Shown here: positions 20,839-32,071 of the stretch, piece by piece
How the letters are laid out: each line of letters opens with the position of its first letter
Numbering within the stretch: position 1 is the stretch's first letter
DNA from: an uncultured bacterium
GTDB lineage: Bacteria > Myxococcota_A > Polyangia > Polyangiales > Houyiibacteriaceae
Length of the DNA stretch: 64,000 nucleotides
Assembly (NCBI GenBank): GCA_938024995.1
Contig: CALJDU010000038.1
Coordinates: 43,509 to 107,508, forward strand
Direction: 5' to 3'
Position numbers and translations under genes: made by a program
Notes under the pieces: generated by a model
What the model was told of the DNA's origin: nothing
The model's input: only the letters and a program-made list of their open reading frames with translations
Database searches by the model: none

Positions 20839-20887
20839 TCGGGCGCTCCACCGAGCGATCGAAAACGAGAACAACGAGAACAGACGC

Positions 20888-22075
<1,188 letters not shown>

Positions 22076-22098
22076 CCCTCGGCGATCCGTCGCAAGAC

Positions 22099-22359
22099 TC
22101 AGGCTTCATGTGGCGCGGCGGCCTGCTGCGCCTTCTTGGCGTTCGTGTAGAGCACCAGCCCCACGACCACCGCGAGCAGCCCCATGACGGAGCAACAGCA
22201 CGGCCCGCCGAGCGCTGGGTAGGCTTCGTCGGGGGACGCGCGGCCGTCTGTGAGGATCGGGAGGAGCCCGATGATCACGGCGGAGACGACGCTCAGGATC
22301 AGGATCAACCCTCCGCATCCGGAGAGCATCATCGCTTGCTTGGCTTTGGCTTCTGTCAT
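22099..22359 (-). CDS. Small two-TM membrane protein
   Basis: 86 aa, two hydrophobic helices, AG-rich SD. Confidence 0.65.
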   Translation of the reverse strand: MTEAKAKQAMMLSGCGGLILILSVVSAVIIGLLPILTDGRASPDEAYPALGGPCCCSVMGLLAVVVGLVLYTNAKKAQQAAAPHEA

Positions 22360-22372
22360 GGTCTCTCTCGCT

Positions 22373-23035
22373 CTACAGCGGCGTGATCACGAGGTTGTCG
22401 AACCAGAGATCCGACTCCCAGTTGTTGAACGCGAAGTGGTCGTGCCCGCGGCCCTCAAGCGCGTGGGGGTCGTCCATCTTCACGAGTTCCTCGCCGTCCA
22501 CGAACACCGTGATGACGCTGCCGACGCGCTCGACCTTGAACTGGTACTCGCGCCCGAGCTCGACGCGCTGCCGTCGGCCCACGACGCGATCGGCGCCGTG
22601 CTCGTTGAGCCGCGCGATGATGTTGCTGCTGTTATCCCAGCCGCCCATGATGACCACGTAGCTCGTCGCCGTGTAGCGCTCTCCCTCCGCGCGAGACACA
22701 CCGTCGCCGAAGATCTCAAACTTGATGTCGCCCTCTTCCGACATGCTCTTCGCGGTGAACTCGATCCGGACGTCGCGAGGGAGGACACGGCGGAGCCAGA
22801 GCGGGCGGTTGCGCGCTCCGCGGACGTGAAGCGCGCCTTCCCGGATCTCCCAGGGGCCGCCGGTGTTCTTCCAGAGCTCTCCGACGGAAGACCGTTCAAA
22901 GTCGTCCGAGAGCCCCGCGCTGCCGACCGCGGGATCGCCCTGCGGCGTGCAGGCGAGCGCGAGGGTCGTCGCGAAGACTGTGAGCGCCGCGCGCGAACGA
23001 GCGAGCTGAGCTTGGCCGTCAAAAAGCAGGGTCAC
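22373..23035 (-). CDS. Lipoprotein with ConA-like lectin / DUF1080-type beta-sandwich
   Basis: Lipobox ALAC; SDDFER start, FDNLVITPL end. Confidence 0.7.
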   Translation of the reverse strand: MTLLFDGQAQLARSRAALTVFATTLALACTPQGDPAVGSAGLSDDFERSSVGELWKNTGGPWEIREGALHVRGARNRPLWLRRVLPRDVRIEFTAKSMSEEGDIKFEIFGDGVSRAEGERYTATSYVVIMGGWDNSSNIIARLNEHGADRVVGRRQRVELGREYQFKVERVGSVITVFVDGEELVKMDDPHALEGRGHDHFAFNNWESDLWFDNLVITPL

Positions 23036-23108
23036 GGCCCGGACCCTACCAGGCTCGCGGCAAACGTGAAGCGCTCTGACAAGCGCTCGAGCGAGACACG
23101 AGGCGCGC

Positions 23109-24035
23109 TTAGCGCTGACGTCGCCGACGACGGGTTCGGCGCTGGGTTCGCGCCACAGACGTTCGGCTCACGTCCGCTGCTTGGAGGGCCGAGTAGGCGT
23201 CCGCCGTGGCGCTTCGAACGGCGCCTGTGATCGCGCGGCCACACAATCGCTCATGCTGAGCGTCCGCTGCGCCGCGCCGCGACTCTCCGCTCCCCGCCGC
23301 GCCCGTTAGCGTCCCCTTGAGCGACTCTCCGTCACCGACCAGCAAGAGCGCGACCCGAGCGCGCGCGAGGCGATCCCTTCCGTCTTCGAGCGTCATCTCT
23401 TCGATGACACCGTCGAGCCGGTACGAGACCAGCCCATGTTCCTCGATCCGCTCACGGACGCGCTCGTCGATCTCGTCGACCACCGCGACGTGATCAATCC
23501 GAGAGAGTGAGTCCCGGAGCGCGTCACGGAAACCGGTCAGGTTCGCGTCGCTCACATGCCCCGAGGCGTCGCGGAGCGTACCGAGCACGATGACGTAGCG
23601 AACGGTCGGCCAACGGACCGGCGCGGGTCGGTCCGCTCGCGATCGCGCCGGCGCGCCGGGAGGCTCACTCGAGAGAGACTGAATGGTGCGCTCCACCGCC
23701 AAGCGAACCGAGACGCTCTCGTCACGCCGCGCCCGCCGTAGCGCTCGCAGGGACCTCGGATCCGCCACCCTTCGAAGCGCGGTCGCCGCGGCGGAGCGAA
23801 CGGCGGGGTTGTCATCTCGAAGCGCTCGCTCGAGGACGCGGCGGTGAGATGGGGAAGCTCCGAGCGCGAAGGCGGCGCGTACGCGAGCCCGAAAGTCGCG
23901 ACCGCTCCGGACGATCCGCGCGAGCTCACTGAAGTCTTGTGCAGCGGCTTGGCTAGGAACCGCAATGGAGCCGATCGCGGTCACAGCGAGGAAGATTGCA
24001 AGCGAGACCACGCGCACCCGATTGAAGCGATTCAT
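23109..24035 (-). CDS. Secreted HEAT-repeat protein
   Basis: Signal peptide from ATG 24035; RVRAAFALG, LRDDNPAVRSAAATAL, DESVSVR repeats. Confidence 0.75.
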   Translation of the reverse strand: MNRFNRVRVVSLAIFLAVTAIGSIAVPSQAAAQDFSELARIVRSGRDFRARVRAAFALGASPSHRRVLERALRDDNPAVRSAAATALRRVADPRSLRALRRARRDESVSVRLAVERTIQSLSSEPPGAPARSRADRPAPVRWPTVRYVIVLGTLRDASGHVSDANLTGFRDALRDSLSRIDHVAVVDEIDERVRERIEEHGLVSYRLDGVIEEMTLEDGRDRLARARVALLLVGDGESLKGTLTGAAGSGESRRGAADAQHERLCGRAITGAVRSATADAYSALQAADVSRTSVARTQRRTRRRRRQR

Positions 24036-24301
24036 CAACAGCGCGATTGTACGATGGCGCCGGCGCACCCGCAGACAAGATCGCGAACGCGTGGAAAAAT
24101 TCTCGCGTACGGAGCGGGGCGGCGATTCGTAGAGGAGGTGAGCATCGGTTCCGCGTCTGTTGTTTCGCCCGCAAGGACGAGTCGGGGACTCATTGGGGCG
24201 ACCATCCGCGCCCATACAGACGAGCGTTGTGACCTTCGATTCAATCCCGCTTTGGGGGGTACCCCGATCACCGCTAGGTTGGACCTGGAGACGTGGATCG
24301 G

Positions 24302-24946
24302 ATGAACAACCGTAGAAACAGCCGCTCACTTGACCAGCAGTTGATCACGGCTCTGGAGGACGCTGTCTCCCCGCGGGAAGCGCAGAAGATCGTCTCGTCG
24401 GCGCTCCAGATCGCGGGACACGATCGGGTCCCCCCCGAGAACCTCGACTGGTTCGTCGACGAACCCCTGAGGGTCGCTCTGTGGCATTTCCTGGACACCA
24501 CCGGGGTTCGCCGAGCGCTCGAAGCGGTCAGCGAGGCGGTCGACGCACGTCGCGAGACCCAGCCTCCGCCGATGACGTGGCCCGAAGAGAAGATCGTTCT
24601 GGTCGCGTCTCGTGATGTCGGGAGCGTCCGTTCGCTCCGCGCGCGTCTCCAATCTGCCGCGACGGTCGTCGCGATCACGACCGTGGGCGACCTCGCGGAG
24701 TCTCTCAACTTCCCTTCCGATCGCTACGTCGTGGTCCTCGACGCATGCGCGAAAGTCTTCGACGCGGACGAGGCGGCAAACGTGATCGAGCAGTGCAGCT
24801 CGCACCCGCGCGTCATCATCTGGGGCGAACAGCGCCCTAGCTCGCCGGATTGGATGAGCCTTGACTCGACGACCAGCGCGGACGGCGTCGCGGACCTGGT
24901 CACGACGCTGTTCTCGAGCCCACCGCTCGCTGCCTCGACAAAGTAG
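24302..24946 (+). CDS. Hypothetical protein, possible degenerate receiver-like C-terminal domain
   Basis: IVLVAS...YVVVLD...PRVIIWG alternating beta/alpha pattern. Confidence 0.55.
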   Translation: MNNRRNSRSLDQQLITALEDAVSPREAQKIVSSALQIAGHDRVPPENLDWFVDEPLRVALWHFLDTTGVRRALEAVSEAVDARRETQPPPMTWPEEKIVLVASRDVGSVRSLRARLQSAATVVAITTVGDLAESLNFPSDRYVVVLDACAKVFDADEAANVIEQCSSHPRVIIWGEQRPSSPDWMSLDSTTSADGVADLVTTLFSSPPLAASTK

Positions 24947-25038
24947 GCGCGATCCGGTGATCGGGAATCGCCGGACGCAAAAACAGCGTTGACCCCTCAT
25001 GAATCCGGTTATCCTTTGAACGTGGCCCCGGTGGATCG

Positions 25039-25791
25039 ATGAACTCCAGAGAGTTTGAGCAGCACCTCAAGAGTCTTGAGGTTCGCCTCGACCGGCTGAA
25101 GTCCCTCTACGAACAATACTTCCAAGGCTTCGAGCGCATCCCGCCGGTCAAGCAGCGCGACATGTTCGAGCGTGACTTCCGCGAGCTTCGGCGACAGCTC
25201 CCGAACAACACGGCGCTTCGCTTTCGCTACAACACGTTGCGGCAGCGAATCGCGACCTTGCGGACACACTGGAACCGCGTGGTCCGGCAGATTGAAGAGG
25301 GGACCTACCGCCGTCACATTCAAAAGGCGAAGCGTCGTCAGCAGAGCCAAGACCGCGCCGTCACCGCGGCGAACGCACCCGTGGTCTCGCTCGACGTCGA
25401 CATCGACAACATGGAGATCGATGCCGCGCTCGCCGCGCTGGACGCGAACGCCTCGTCGTCGAAGAGCGCGAGCGCCACGTTCGGGAAGCCCTCTCGGAAA
25501 CCGCCTCCGCCGCCACCTCCTGGGGCCCGACGCGCTGCCAGCAAGCCTCCTCCGCTTCCAGGGCGCGGAGGTGGCAACCTGGGTGACGCGCAGATGAAGC
25601 GCATCTATCGCGAGTACGTCGAGGCGCGTCGGCGTAATAACCAAAGCGTCGACTCCGTGAAGATGGAGTCGCTCGAGCGCAGCATTCGCAAAATGATGCC
25701 AAAGCTGAAGCAGAAGCACGCTGGCAAGAAGATCGACTTCGAGGTCGTCGTGAAGAACGGACGTGTTGGGCTAAAGCCCGTCCCAAAGTAG
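25039..25791 (+). CDS. MXAN_5187 C-terminal domain-containing protein
   Basis: LKSLYEQYFQGFERIPP N-terminus; IDFEVVVKNGRVGLKP C-terminus typical of this myxobacterial family. Confidence 0.75.
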   Translation: MNSREFEQHLKSLEVRLDRLKSLYEQYFQGFERIPPVKQRDMFERDFRELRRQLPNNTALRFRYNTLRQRIATLRTHWNRVVRQIEEGTYRRHIQKAKRRQQSQDRAVTAANAPVVSLDVDIDNMEIDAALAALDANASSSKSASATFGKPSRKPPPPPPPGARRAASKPPPLPGRGGGNLGDAQMKRIYREYVEARRRNNQSVDSVKMESLERSIRKMMPKLKQKHAGKKIDFEVVVKNGRVGLKPVPK

Positions 25792-25801
25792 CCTCCGCGC
25801 G

Positions 25802-27109
25802 TTGAGCCTCTTCGAACACGCCGAAAAGAAGCGCGGCCCGCTCGCCGATCGCATGCGACCGCGAACGCTCGGCGAGGTCGTCGGTCAGCGTCACCTCGTC
25901 GGCCCGGGCAAGCTCCTGCGAAGGATCATCGCCGGTGACTCACTGAGCTCGATGATCTTGTGGGGCCCCCCAGGCACGGGGAAGACGACCCTTGCCAACG
26001 TCATCGCGAACGAGACGAAGGCGCGCTTCGTTCACTTCAGCGCGGTGCTCGGGGGGGTCGCCGAGCTACGTAAAATCGTCGCCGCGGCGCGAGAACAACG
26101 CGCGATGTACTCCCGACCCACGCTGCTCTTCGTCGACGAGATCCATCGCTTCAACAAGTCGCAACAGGACGCCCTGCTCCCGCACGTCGAAGACGGAACC
26201 GTGACCTTAATCGGCGCGACCACCGAGAACCCTTCCTTCGCGGTCAACGCGGCGCTGCTCAGCCGGGCGCGCGTCTTTCGACTGGAGTCACTCACCGCAG
26301 AAGATCTCGTCGTGGTGCTGAAGCACGCTCTGAGCGATCCTCGTGGCTTGGGCGACGCGCCGCGGGTCGCGGAAGAAGGTGCGCTCGAGACCATCGCGGA
26401 AGCCGCACGGGGAGACGCTCGCCAAGCGCTCGGCGTACTCGAGCTCGTCGCGTCACAGTCCGGGCCGACCCTGCGCCTGGAAGACGTCGCCGCGGCCAGC
26501 GCGGAGCGACCGCTGCTCTACGACAAGAGCGGGGAAGAGCACTTCAACGTCATCAGCGCGCTGATCAAGTCAATGCGCGGCAGCGACCCCGACGCCGCCA
26601 TCTACTGGATGATGCGAATGGTCGAGGCGGGCGACGACCCGCGCTACGTCTTGCGCCGCATGATCATTTTCGCGAGCGAGGACATCGGGAACGCAGACCC
26701 GCGCGCCCTGCAGCTCGCGATGTCTGCTGATCAAGCGTTCCATCGGCTCGGGATGCCCGAAGCGCTCTTCGCGATGGCCCAGTGCTGCGTTTATCTCTCA
26801 TGCGCGCCAAAATCCAACGCGAGCTATCGCGCGTTCACTCAGGCGCGCGAGGCGATTCGGGAGCACGGCGCGCTCCCCGTCCCGATGCACCTTCGCAACG
26901 CGCCGGTCGCCGCGATGAAAGAATGGGGGTACGGCGCCGGCTACCGCTACCCGCATGACGAAGGCGGTTTTGCGGCAGGCGCGTCCTATCTTCCGGAGCG
27001 CTTGGGCAAGAAGCGGTTCTATATCCCCACGGACAACGGGTTGGAGTCCCGCATCAAGACCTGGATGGAACGTGTGCGAGAGAAGCCGACATCTTCGGAA
27101 TCGGAGTAG
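25802..27109 (+). CDS. rarA: Replication-associated recombination protein A (RarA/MgsA)
   Basis: PLADRMRP, GPPGTGKTT, DEIHRFNKSQQD, GATTENP, KSMRGSDPDAA, SEDIGNADP. Confidence 0.97.
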   Translation: MSLFEHAEKKRGPLADRMRPRTLGEVVGQRHLVGPGKLLRRIIAGDSLSSMILWGPPGTGKTTLANVIANETKARFVHFSAVLGGVAELRKIVAAAREQRAMYSRPTLLFVDEIHRFNKSQQDALLPHVEDGTVTLIGATTENPSFAVNAALLSRARVFRLESLTAEDLVVVLKHALSDPRGLGDAPRVAEEGALETIAEAARGDARQALGVLELVASQSGPTLRLEDVAAASAERPLLYDKSGEEHFNVISALIKSMRGSDPDAAIYWMMRMVEAGDDPRYVLRRMIIFASEDIGNADPRALQLAMSADQAFHRLGMPEALFAMAQCCVYLSCAPKSNASYRAFTQAREAIREHGALPVPMHLRNAPVAAMKEWGYGAGYRYPHDEGGFAAGASYLPERLGKKRFYIPTDNGLESRIKTWMERVREKPTSSESE

Positions 27110-27179
27110 ATGTATGCCAATGGGGTGACGTGCTCGAACTGTCACCTGACAGGTTGATGTGTTCCGTTATCCTCGCGCG

Positions 27180-27515
27180 GTGAATGGTTGGGAGACAGTC
27201 CTCGCGGCGATCGGTGGAACGATGCTCGGCTTCGGCTTGGGCTTGGTCGTTTCCGCGCGTCGTGAGTCCAGCCTGCGGCGTCACGTCACCAAGCTTCACG
27301 CTCAAGTACGCGACGTCGTCCTCCCTGTTCTCGAACGACAAGTTGATGACTCCGGGCTCCGCTTCTCGGAGCGCCCTAAGACCAAAGACGCGATTCAGCG
27401 CGCGGTCGCTCTCGCGGAGGCGCTGCTCAAGCAGAGCGAACGCGAAGCCTTGGGGTTCTCTGAAACGATCGACATCGCGAGCGACGAGCTCGTCACCCAC
27501 AAAGAACGAACGTGA
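27180..27515 (+). CDS. Small membrane-anchored hypothetical protein
   Basis: N-terminal TM helix; GTGA coupling to the downstream gene. Confidence 0.6.
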   Translation: MNGWETVLAAIGGTMLGFGLGLVVSARRESSLRRHVTKLHAQVRDVVLPVLERQVDDSGLRFSERPKTKDAIQRAVALAEALLKQSEREALGFSETIDIASDELVTHKERT

Positions 27516-28174
27516 CTGAGAGAAACGTGACTGAGCGAATGATCGAGAAAGAAGCGGTAGGTCGATTCCTGGGCGGGCTTGTTCACGACCTGCGAAACCC
27601 GGCCGCGACGATGCGCGCGAATGTCGACTTCCTGCGCGACGTAGAGCCCACCGACGAAGACGTGCCAGAGGCGCTCTCGGATATCGACTTCGCGATCAAC
27701 GAGCTCGCTCGTGGGCTCGAGCGCGTCGACTGGATCGCGCGCTGGCTGTGCGGTCAGCCGGTGCTGAAGTCAGAGAACGGGAGCGTGCGTCAGTCGCTCG
27801 AAGAAGAGTCCATCGAGGCGACGTACCTCGACGACGCGACTCATGCGGTTGGCGGTCGCGCGGTCGGCGCGATCGCGCGACTCTTTGTCGACGCCGCGAA
27901 GATCTACGGAGAGGTCAAGGTCACGGTCGCGAACGTCGATGGCCACGTCGAGATCCGAATCGCGGACACTGGGCCCGCGGTCGCCGCGAAGTTCTTGGCC
28001 GAGTTCTTCACGATGCAGGGCCAGTACAAAATGAAGGGGTCACCGGGAGGTCGCTACGCGCGGTACGGAGCGTTCGTCGCCGCCTACGCCGCGGCAGACT
28101 CCATCGGAGCAGAGCTCGTCGTACATGCGGATCGCGCCGAGGTCGTGATCAAGCTTCAGTCCATGCCGAGCTAG
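27512..28174 (+). CDS. Sensorless, degenerate histidine-kinase-like protein
   Basis: H-box HDLRNP, G1 ADTGP, F-box FFT; N and G2 boxes degenerate. Confidence 0.75.
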   Translation: MTERNVTERMIEKEAVGRFLGGLVHDLRNPAATMRANVDFLRDVEPTDEDVPEALSDIDFAINELARGLERVDWIARWLCGQPVLKSENGSVRQSLEEESIEATYLDDATHAVGGRAVGAIARLFVDAAKIYGEVKVTVANVDGHVEIRIADTGPAVAAKFLAEFFTMQGQYKMKGSPGGRYARYGAFVAAYAAADSIGAELVVHADRAEVVIKLQSMPS

Positions 28175-28189
28175 CTCACCCGCTGGTGA

Positions 28190-28402
28190 TCACTTGAGCA
28201 GCTTGTAGCTCGTGACCGTGATCGCGTCGCCGACCATTCCAACCGTCACGTCCGCATCGTCGCGACGACCCTCTACCTCGACCTCGGCGCCGTCCTTTCG
28301 GAGCGCGTCTGGGCAGTCGATCAGCTCCACGGTGCGCCCGTCTGTCGTGATGAGGGCCCACAGGCCACCTTCGAGACCCAGCTTTCGGATTGTTCCTCGC
28401 AT
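28190..28402 (-). CDS. Small beta-barrel hypothetical protein
   Basis: 70 aa GTIRKLGLEGGLWAL...VEVEG...MVG; host-like codon usage. Confidence 0.65.
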   Translation of the reverse strand: MRGTIRKLGLEGGLWALITTDGRTVELIDCPDALRKDGAEVEVEGRRDDADVTVGMVGDAITVTSYKLLK

Positions 28403-28483
28403 GTTTGCACTGTGTGGCCGGTACGCGCGAATGACAATCTCTCGGCCGATCGGCTGATTCTTGGGCTCGTCGGCACGGAGCGA

Positions 28484-28924
28484 ATGACACGCGTGCGTTT
28501 GACAACACCACGCCCCTCAACAAGAACGGCGCTCGTGGATGTGGGAGAGCTCAAGGGCTTTTTAAAGCGGCTGAAGTGGAAACACGAGCCGCATGGAAAC
28601 GAGACGCTGCGCTCTGTGCACGACACGGAGCAGGGCCCCGTCAACGTCTACCTCCGGCTCACGGAGAACTGGCTGATCGCTTCGGTCGTCCCGTTCCTCG
28701 ATTCCCTCGACGGCGACAACTCGTTTGAGCTGTCCCGCTGGCTGCTCCGCATGAACCGCGACATGCGGCAGACGAAGTTCGCGTATGACGAGGACGGCGA
28801 CGTCGTGCTCAGCGTTGAGCTCCCGACCGAGTCGCTCGACTACAGCGAAGTGGAGGCCGCGCTTCGAGCGCTCCTCGACGACACGATTGACCACCGAAGC
28901 ACGCTCGGGAGAGGCACGCGATGA
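28484..28924 (+). CDS. YbjN/CesT-like chaperone-fold protein
   Basis: LLRMN....KFAYDEDGDVVLSVELP. Confidence 0.7.
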   Translation: MTRVRLTTPRPSTRTALVDVGELKGFLKRLKWKHEPHGNETLRSVHDTEQGPVNVYLRLTENWLIASVVPFLDSLDGDNSFELSRWLLRMNRDMRQTKFAYDEDGDVVLSVELPTESLDYSEVEAALRALLDDTIDHRSTLGRGTR

Positions 28925-29451
28925 GGATCGAGACAGATGCCGTGATCCCGTTCCCGCGCGCCGAGGTGTACCGCGCGTACCGCGATGAGATTCAGGACTT
29001 CGTGGAGTACTTCCCGAACATCCGGCAGATCGACGTGGAGGCTCGCAAAGAAGAAGGGCCACGCGTCGACCTGACCAACGTCTGGATCGGCGGCGGCGAC
29101 ATCCCGGAGCCGATCGTCAAGGTCATCGGCGAGAGCGCGCTCTCATGGCACGACTACGCGGTCTGGCGACAGGACGACTGGACCTGCGACTGGCGAATCG
29201 AGACGCACTCGTTCACGGAAGCCGTCCGCTGCGAAGGCAAGAACCGCTTCGTCGATATCGGGGCGCGCACCCGGCTCGAGATCTGCGGCGAGATCGGCAT
29301 CGACCTCAAGCGCGTCAAAGGCGTCCCTGGGCTCGTCGCGGGCTCGCTTGGACGAACCGTCGAGAAGTTCCTCGTGCGTCAGATCACCGCGAACCTGAAC
29401 ACGGTCAGCGAGGCCCTCACGCAGTACCTCCACTCGCGCGTCGAAGAGTAG
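28921..29451 (+). CDS. START/SRPBCC-like (DUF2505-type) protein
   Basis: IPFPRAEVY..YRD N-terminus, TRLEICGEI, C-terminal helix; ATGA overlap. Confidence 0.65.
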   Translation: MRIETDAVIPFPRAEVYRAYRDEIQDFVEYFPNIRQIDVEARKEEGPRVDLTNVWIGGGDIPEPIVKVIGESALSWHDYAVWRQDDWTCDWRIETHSFTEAVRCEGKNRFVDIGARTRLEICGEIGIDLKRVKGVPGLVAGSLGRTVEKFLVRQITANLNTVSEALTQYLHSRVEE

Positions 29452-29461
29452 TCCGCGCGCG

Positions 29462-30271
29462 ATGTCGCAACCGGATCGCTACGCCTTTCCTCTCTCGATG
29501 CCGCGGCACGCCTTCAACGCGAGAGACGCGGCGCGTGCCGGAGATGTCTGGCGGGCCTTCCAAGAGGTCGCGGTCGAAGCGTCCAGCCGCGCGGGTTGGC
29601 CGCCGAGCCGATATCGACGAGAGCGCTGCGCGTTTGTCGTCCGCGCGATGACGGTCGTGCATCACCTTGAGGCCGGGTACGGCGAGCCGCTCACCGCCTC
29701 GAGCTGGGTCAGTCGCTTCCGTCGCGAGATGCTCTCGACCCGTGAGGTCCGGCTCGAGAGCGCGCGCGGACCGATCGCGTCCGGGACTCAAGAGTGGGCC
29801 CACGTCAACGCCGCCATGAAGCCAACCCGCGGGAGCGCCGCGCTGCTCGAGGCGTTCCCGGTCCGCGACGACCCCTCCACGATCACGTTGCCCGCCTTTG
29901 ACCCCCATCCAGGCGGGACGCGCACCCTCGCCTTTCAGCCGTGGCATGTCCGAATGGATCCGCTCGCCCACGCCAACCACCCGGCGTACATCGATTGGTG
30001 TGACGAGAACGTCTCGCGCGCCCTCGTCGCGCAGGGGGTCGATCCCGTGAAGCTGGTCTCGATCGCGGAGACCGTCTCCTATCGCGGAGGCGTCTGCGCC
30101 GGTGAAGACGTTGAGGTCCGCTCTCGTCTCGCCGGACGCGCCGAGCACGGATGGGTCTTCGAGCACGAGATCACGGTCGCGGGTACGCGCCGCGCGACCG
30201 CCGTGACCATTCGCGATTTGCCCGGGAAGCGGGACGTCCTCGCGGGCGCGTTTGACGCTCCTGAAGCGTGA
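29462..30271 (+). CDS. Double-hotdog acyl-ACP/acyl-CoA thioesterase
   Basis: FQEVA in the first domain; MDPLAHANHPAYIDWCDE in the second. Confidence 0.85.
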   Translation: MSQPDRYAFPLSMPRHAFNARDAARAGDVWRAFQEVAVEASSRAGWPPSRYRRERCAFVVRAMTVVHHLEAGYGEPLTASSWVSRFRREMLSTREVRLESARGPIASGTQEWAHVNAAMKPTRGSAALLEAFPVRDDPSTITLPAFDPHPGGTRTLAFQPWHVRMDPLAHANHPAYIDWCDENVSRALVAQGVDPVKLVSIAETVSYRGGVCAGEDVEVRSRLAGRAEHGWVFEHEITVAGTRRATAVTIRDLPGKRDVLAGAFDAPEA

Positions 30272-30287
30272 CGATAGAGCGGCCCTC

Positions 30288-32036
30288 ATGCCGTACCTCT
30301 CTCCTCCGGCGCGCTCCTCCTTCGATCTGGGCGTGACGCAAACGCGCGCGCTCCTCTTCGCCTTCACCGCCGCGGCGAGCTGGCTTGGCTGCGGCGGCCC
30401 GACCGCGCTCCCGACCTGTCCCGAGCCGCCGAAGACGGTCACGATCTCGATCGTTGGCACCAACGACCTACACGGGCGTCTGTCGGCGACTCCGATCCTC
30501 GGCGGTTACTTGAACAACCTGCGCGCCGCGCGAACAGCGGACGGTGGCGGGGTGGTGCTCGTGGACGGCGGTGACATGTGGCAAGGCACGATCGAGTCCA
30601 ACCTCGGGGAAGGCGCGGCCGGCGTCGCGGCTTACAACGCGCTCGGCTACTCCGCCGCGACCATCGGGAACCACGAGTTCGACTACGGTCCGGTGGGTCC
30701 ACGGGCGACCCCGGCCGGTGACGAGGACCCGCGCGGAGCGCTCCTCGCGCGGGTTCAAGAAGCGACGTTTCCGATCTTGTCGGCCAACCTCTTCGACGCC
30801 ACGCGGAACGAGCGCGTCGACTGGCCCGGCGTGAGCCCCACCGCGCTCGTCCAAGCGGGCCCGGTCTCGGTCGGCATCATCGGCGTGACGACCGAGGAGA
30901 CCCTCGGCACCACGATCGCCGCCAACGTCGCCGGTCTCGCGATGGCGAGCGTGGCCGAGACAATTCAAGCGCACGCGCTCACGCTTCGGGAGCGCGGCGC
31001 GGCGCTGATCGTGGTCGCGGCGCACGCGGGCGGGAAGTGCTCACGCTTTGACGATCCCGATGACCTGGAGCACTGCGAAGAGGACGAAGAGATCTTCGAA
31101 GTCGCGCGCGCGCTGCCAACCGGTCTTGTTGACGTCATCGTCGGTGGACACACCCACGCCGGCGTCGCGCACCGCGTGAACGGCATCGCGATCATCGAGT
31201 CGTTCGCGAACGGCTACGCCTTTGGCCGAGTCGACGTCGTGGTGCGCGGTTCCGAGGTCCGCGACGTGCGGATCTTTGCGCCGCGTCCCCTGTGCGAAAA
31301 CAACGCGCGAGATGATGGCGGGTGCCTCCTCGGCCGGTATGAAGGGCGCGCGGTCGTGCCCGATGACGCGATCCTCGCGCTCATCCACGACGCCGTCAGC
31401 CAAGCGGAAGTGGAGCGCGCGCGCTCTCTGGAGGTCACGCTCTCGGCTCCCTTCCGGCGCAGCTACGACCACGAGAGCGTGCTCGGAAACTTCCTCACGG
31501 AGATGATGCTTCACGCGCGCCCCGACGCGGACATCGCGCTCCTGAACGGCGGCGGGCTCCGCGCCTCGCTCGACGAGGGGCCGCTCACCTACGGCGCGCT
31601 CTACGAAGCCTTCCCCTTCGACAATCGATTCGCTTCGGTGCGCATCACCGGGGCCGAGCTCACGGAGATGTTCATTCGCAACTTGGCGAGCGACCGCGGT
31701 GTCCTGATCGTCGCGGGGGTCAGCGTCGAGGCGAGCTGCGGCGCCGGCGGCATGACGGTCGTCCTTCGCGATCGACAGGGCGAAGTGATCCCGCGCGACG
31801 CGGAGCTGACCGTGTCCACCAGCGACTACCTCGCGACCAGCGGCACGTTTGCACAGGTTCGTGAAGCGCGCCCCGACGCCGTTTCCATCGAAGACGGAGA
31901 CGCGATGCGCGATGTTCTCGCGGAGCACATCGCGAAGCTAGAGGGCACGCTTGACCCAGAGGCCTTCCTCTCCGCGGACAACACCAGGGTCCGGCTCTCC
32001 GAACCGCGCCCTCTTCGCTGCGACTCGATCAACTAG
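30288..32036 (+). CDS. 5'-nucleotidase / bifunctional metallophosphatase lipoprotein
   Basis: NDLHG, DGGD, GNHEFD, GGHTH, NGGGLR, PFDN. Confidence 0.93.
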   Translation: MPYLSPPARSSFDLGVTQTRALLFAFTAAASWLGCGGPTALPTCPEPPKTVTISIVGTNDLHGRLSATPILGGYLNNLRAARTADGGGVVLVDGGDMWQGTIESNLGEGAAGVAAYNALGYSAATIGNHEFDYGPVGPRATPAGDEDPRGALLARVQEATFPILSANLFDATRNERVDWPGVSPTALVQAGPVSVGIIGVTTEETLGTTIAANVAGLAMASVAETIQAHALTLRERGAALIVVAAHAGGKCSRFDDPDDLEHCEEDEEIFEVARALPTGLVDVIVGGHTHAGVAHRVNGIAIIESFANGYAFGRVDVVVRGSEVRDVRIFAPRPLCENNARDDGGCLLGRYEGRAVVPDDAILALIHDAVSQAEVERARSLEVTLSAPFRRSYDHESVLGNFLTEMMLHARPDADIALLNGGGLRASLDEGPLTYGALYEAFPFDNRFASVRITGAELTEMFIRNLASDRGVLIVAGVSVEASCGAGGMTVVLRDRQGEVIPRDAELTVSTSDYLATSGTFAQVREARPDAVSIEDGDAMRDVLAEHIAKLEGTLDPEAFLSADNTRVRLSEPRPLRCDSIN

Positions 32037-32071
32037 ATGGAACGAAGCGCGCCGATGGAGTATCGACGAGC

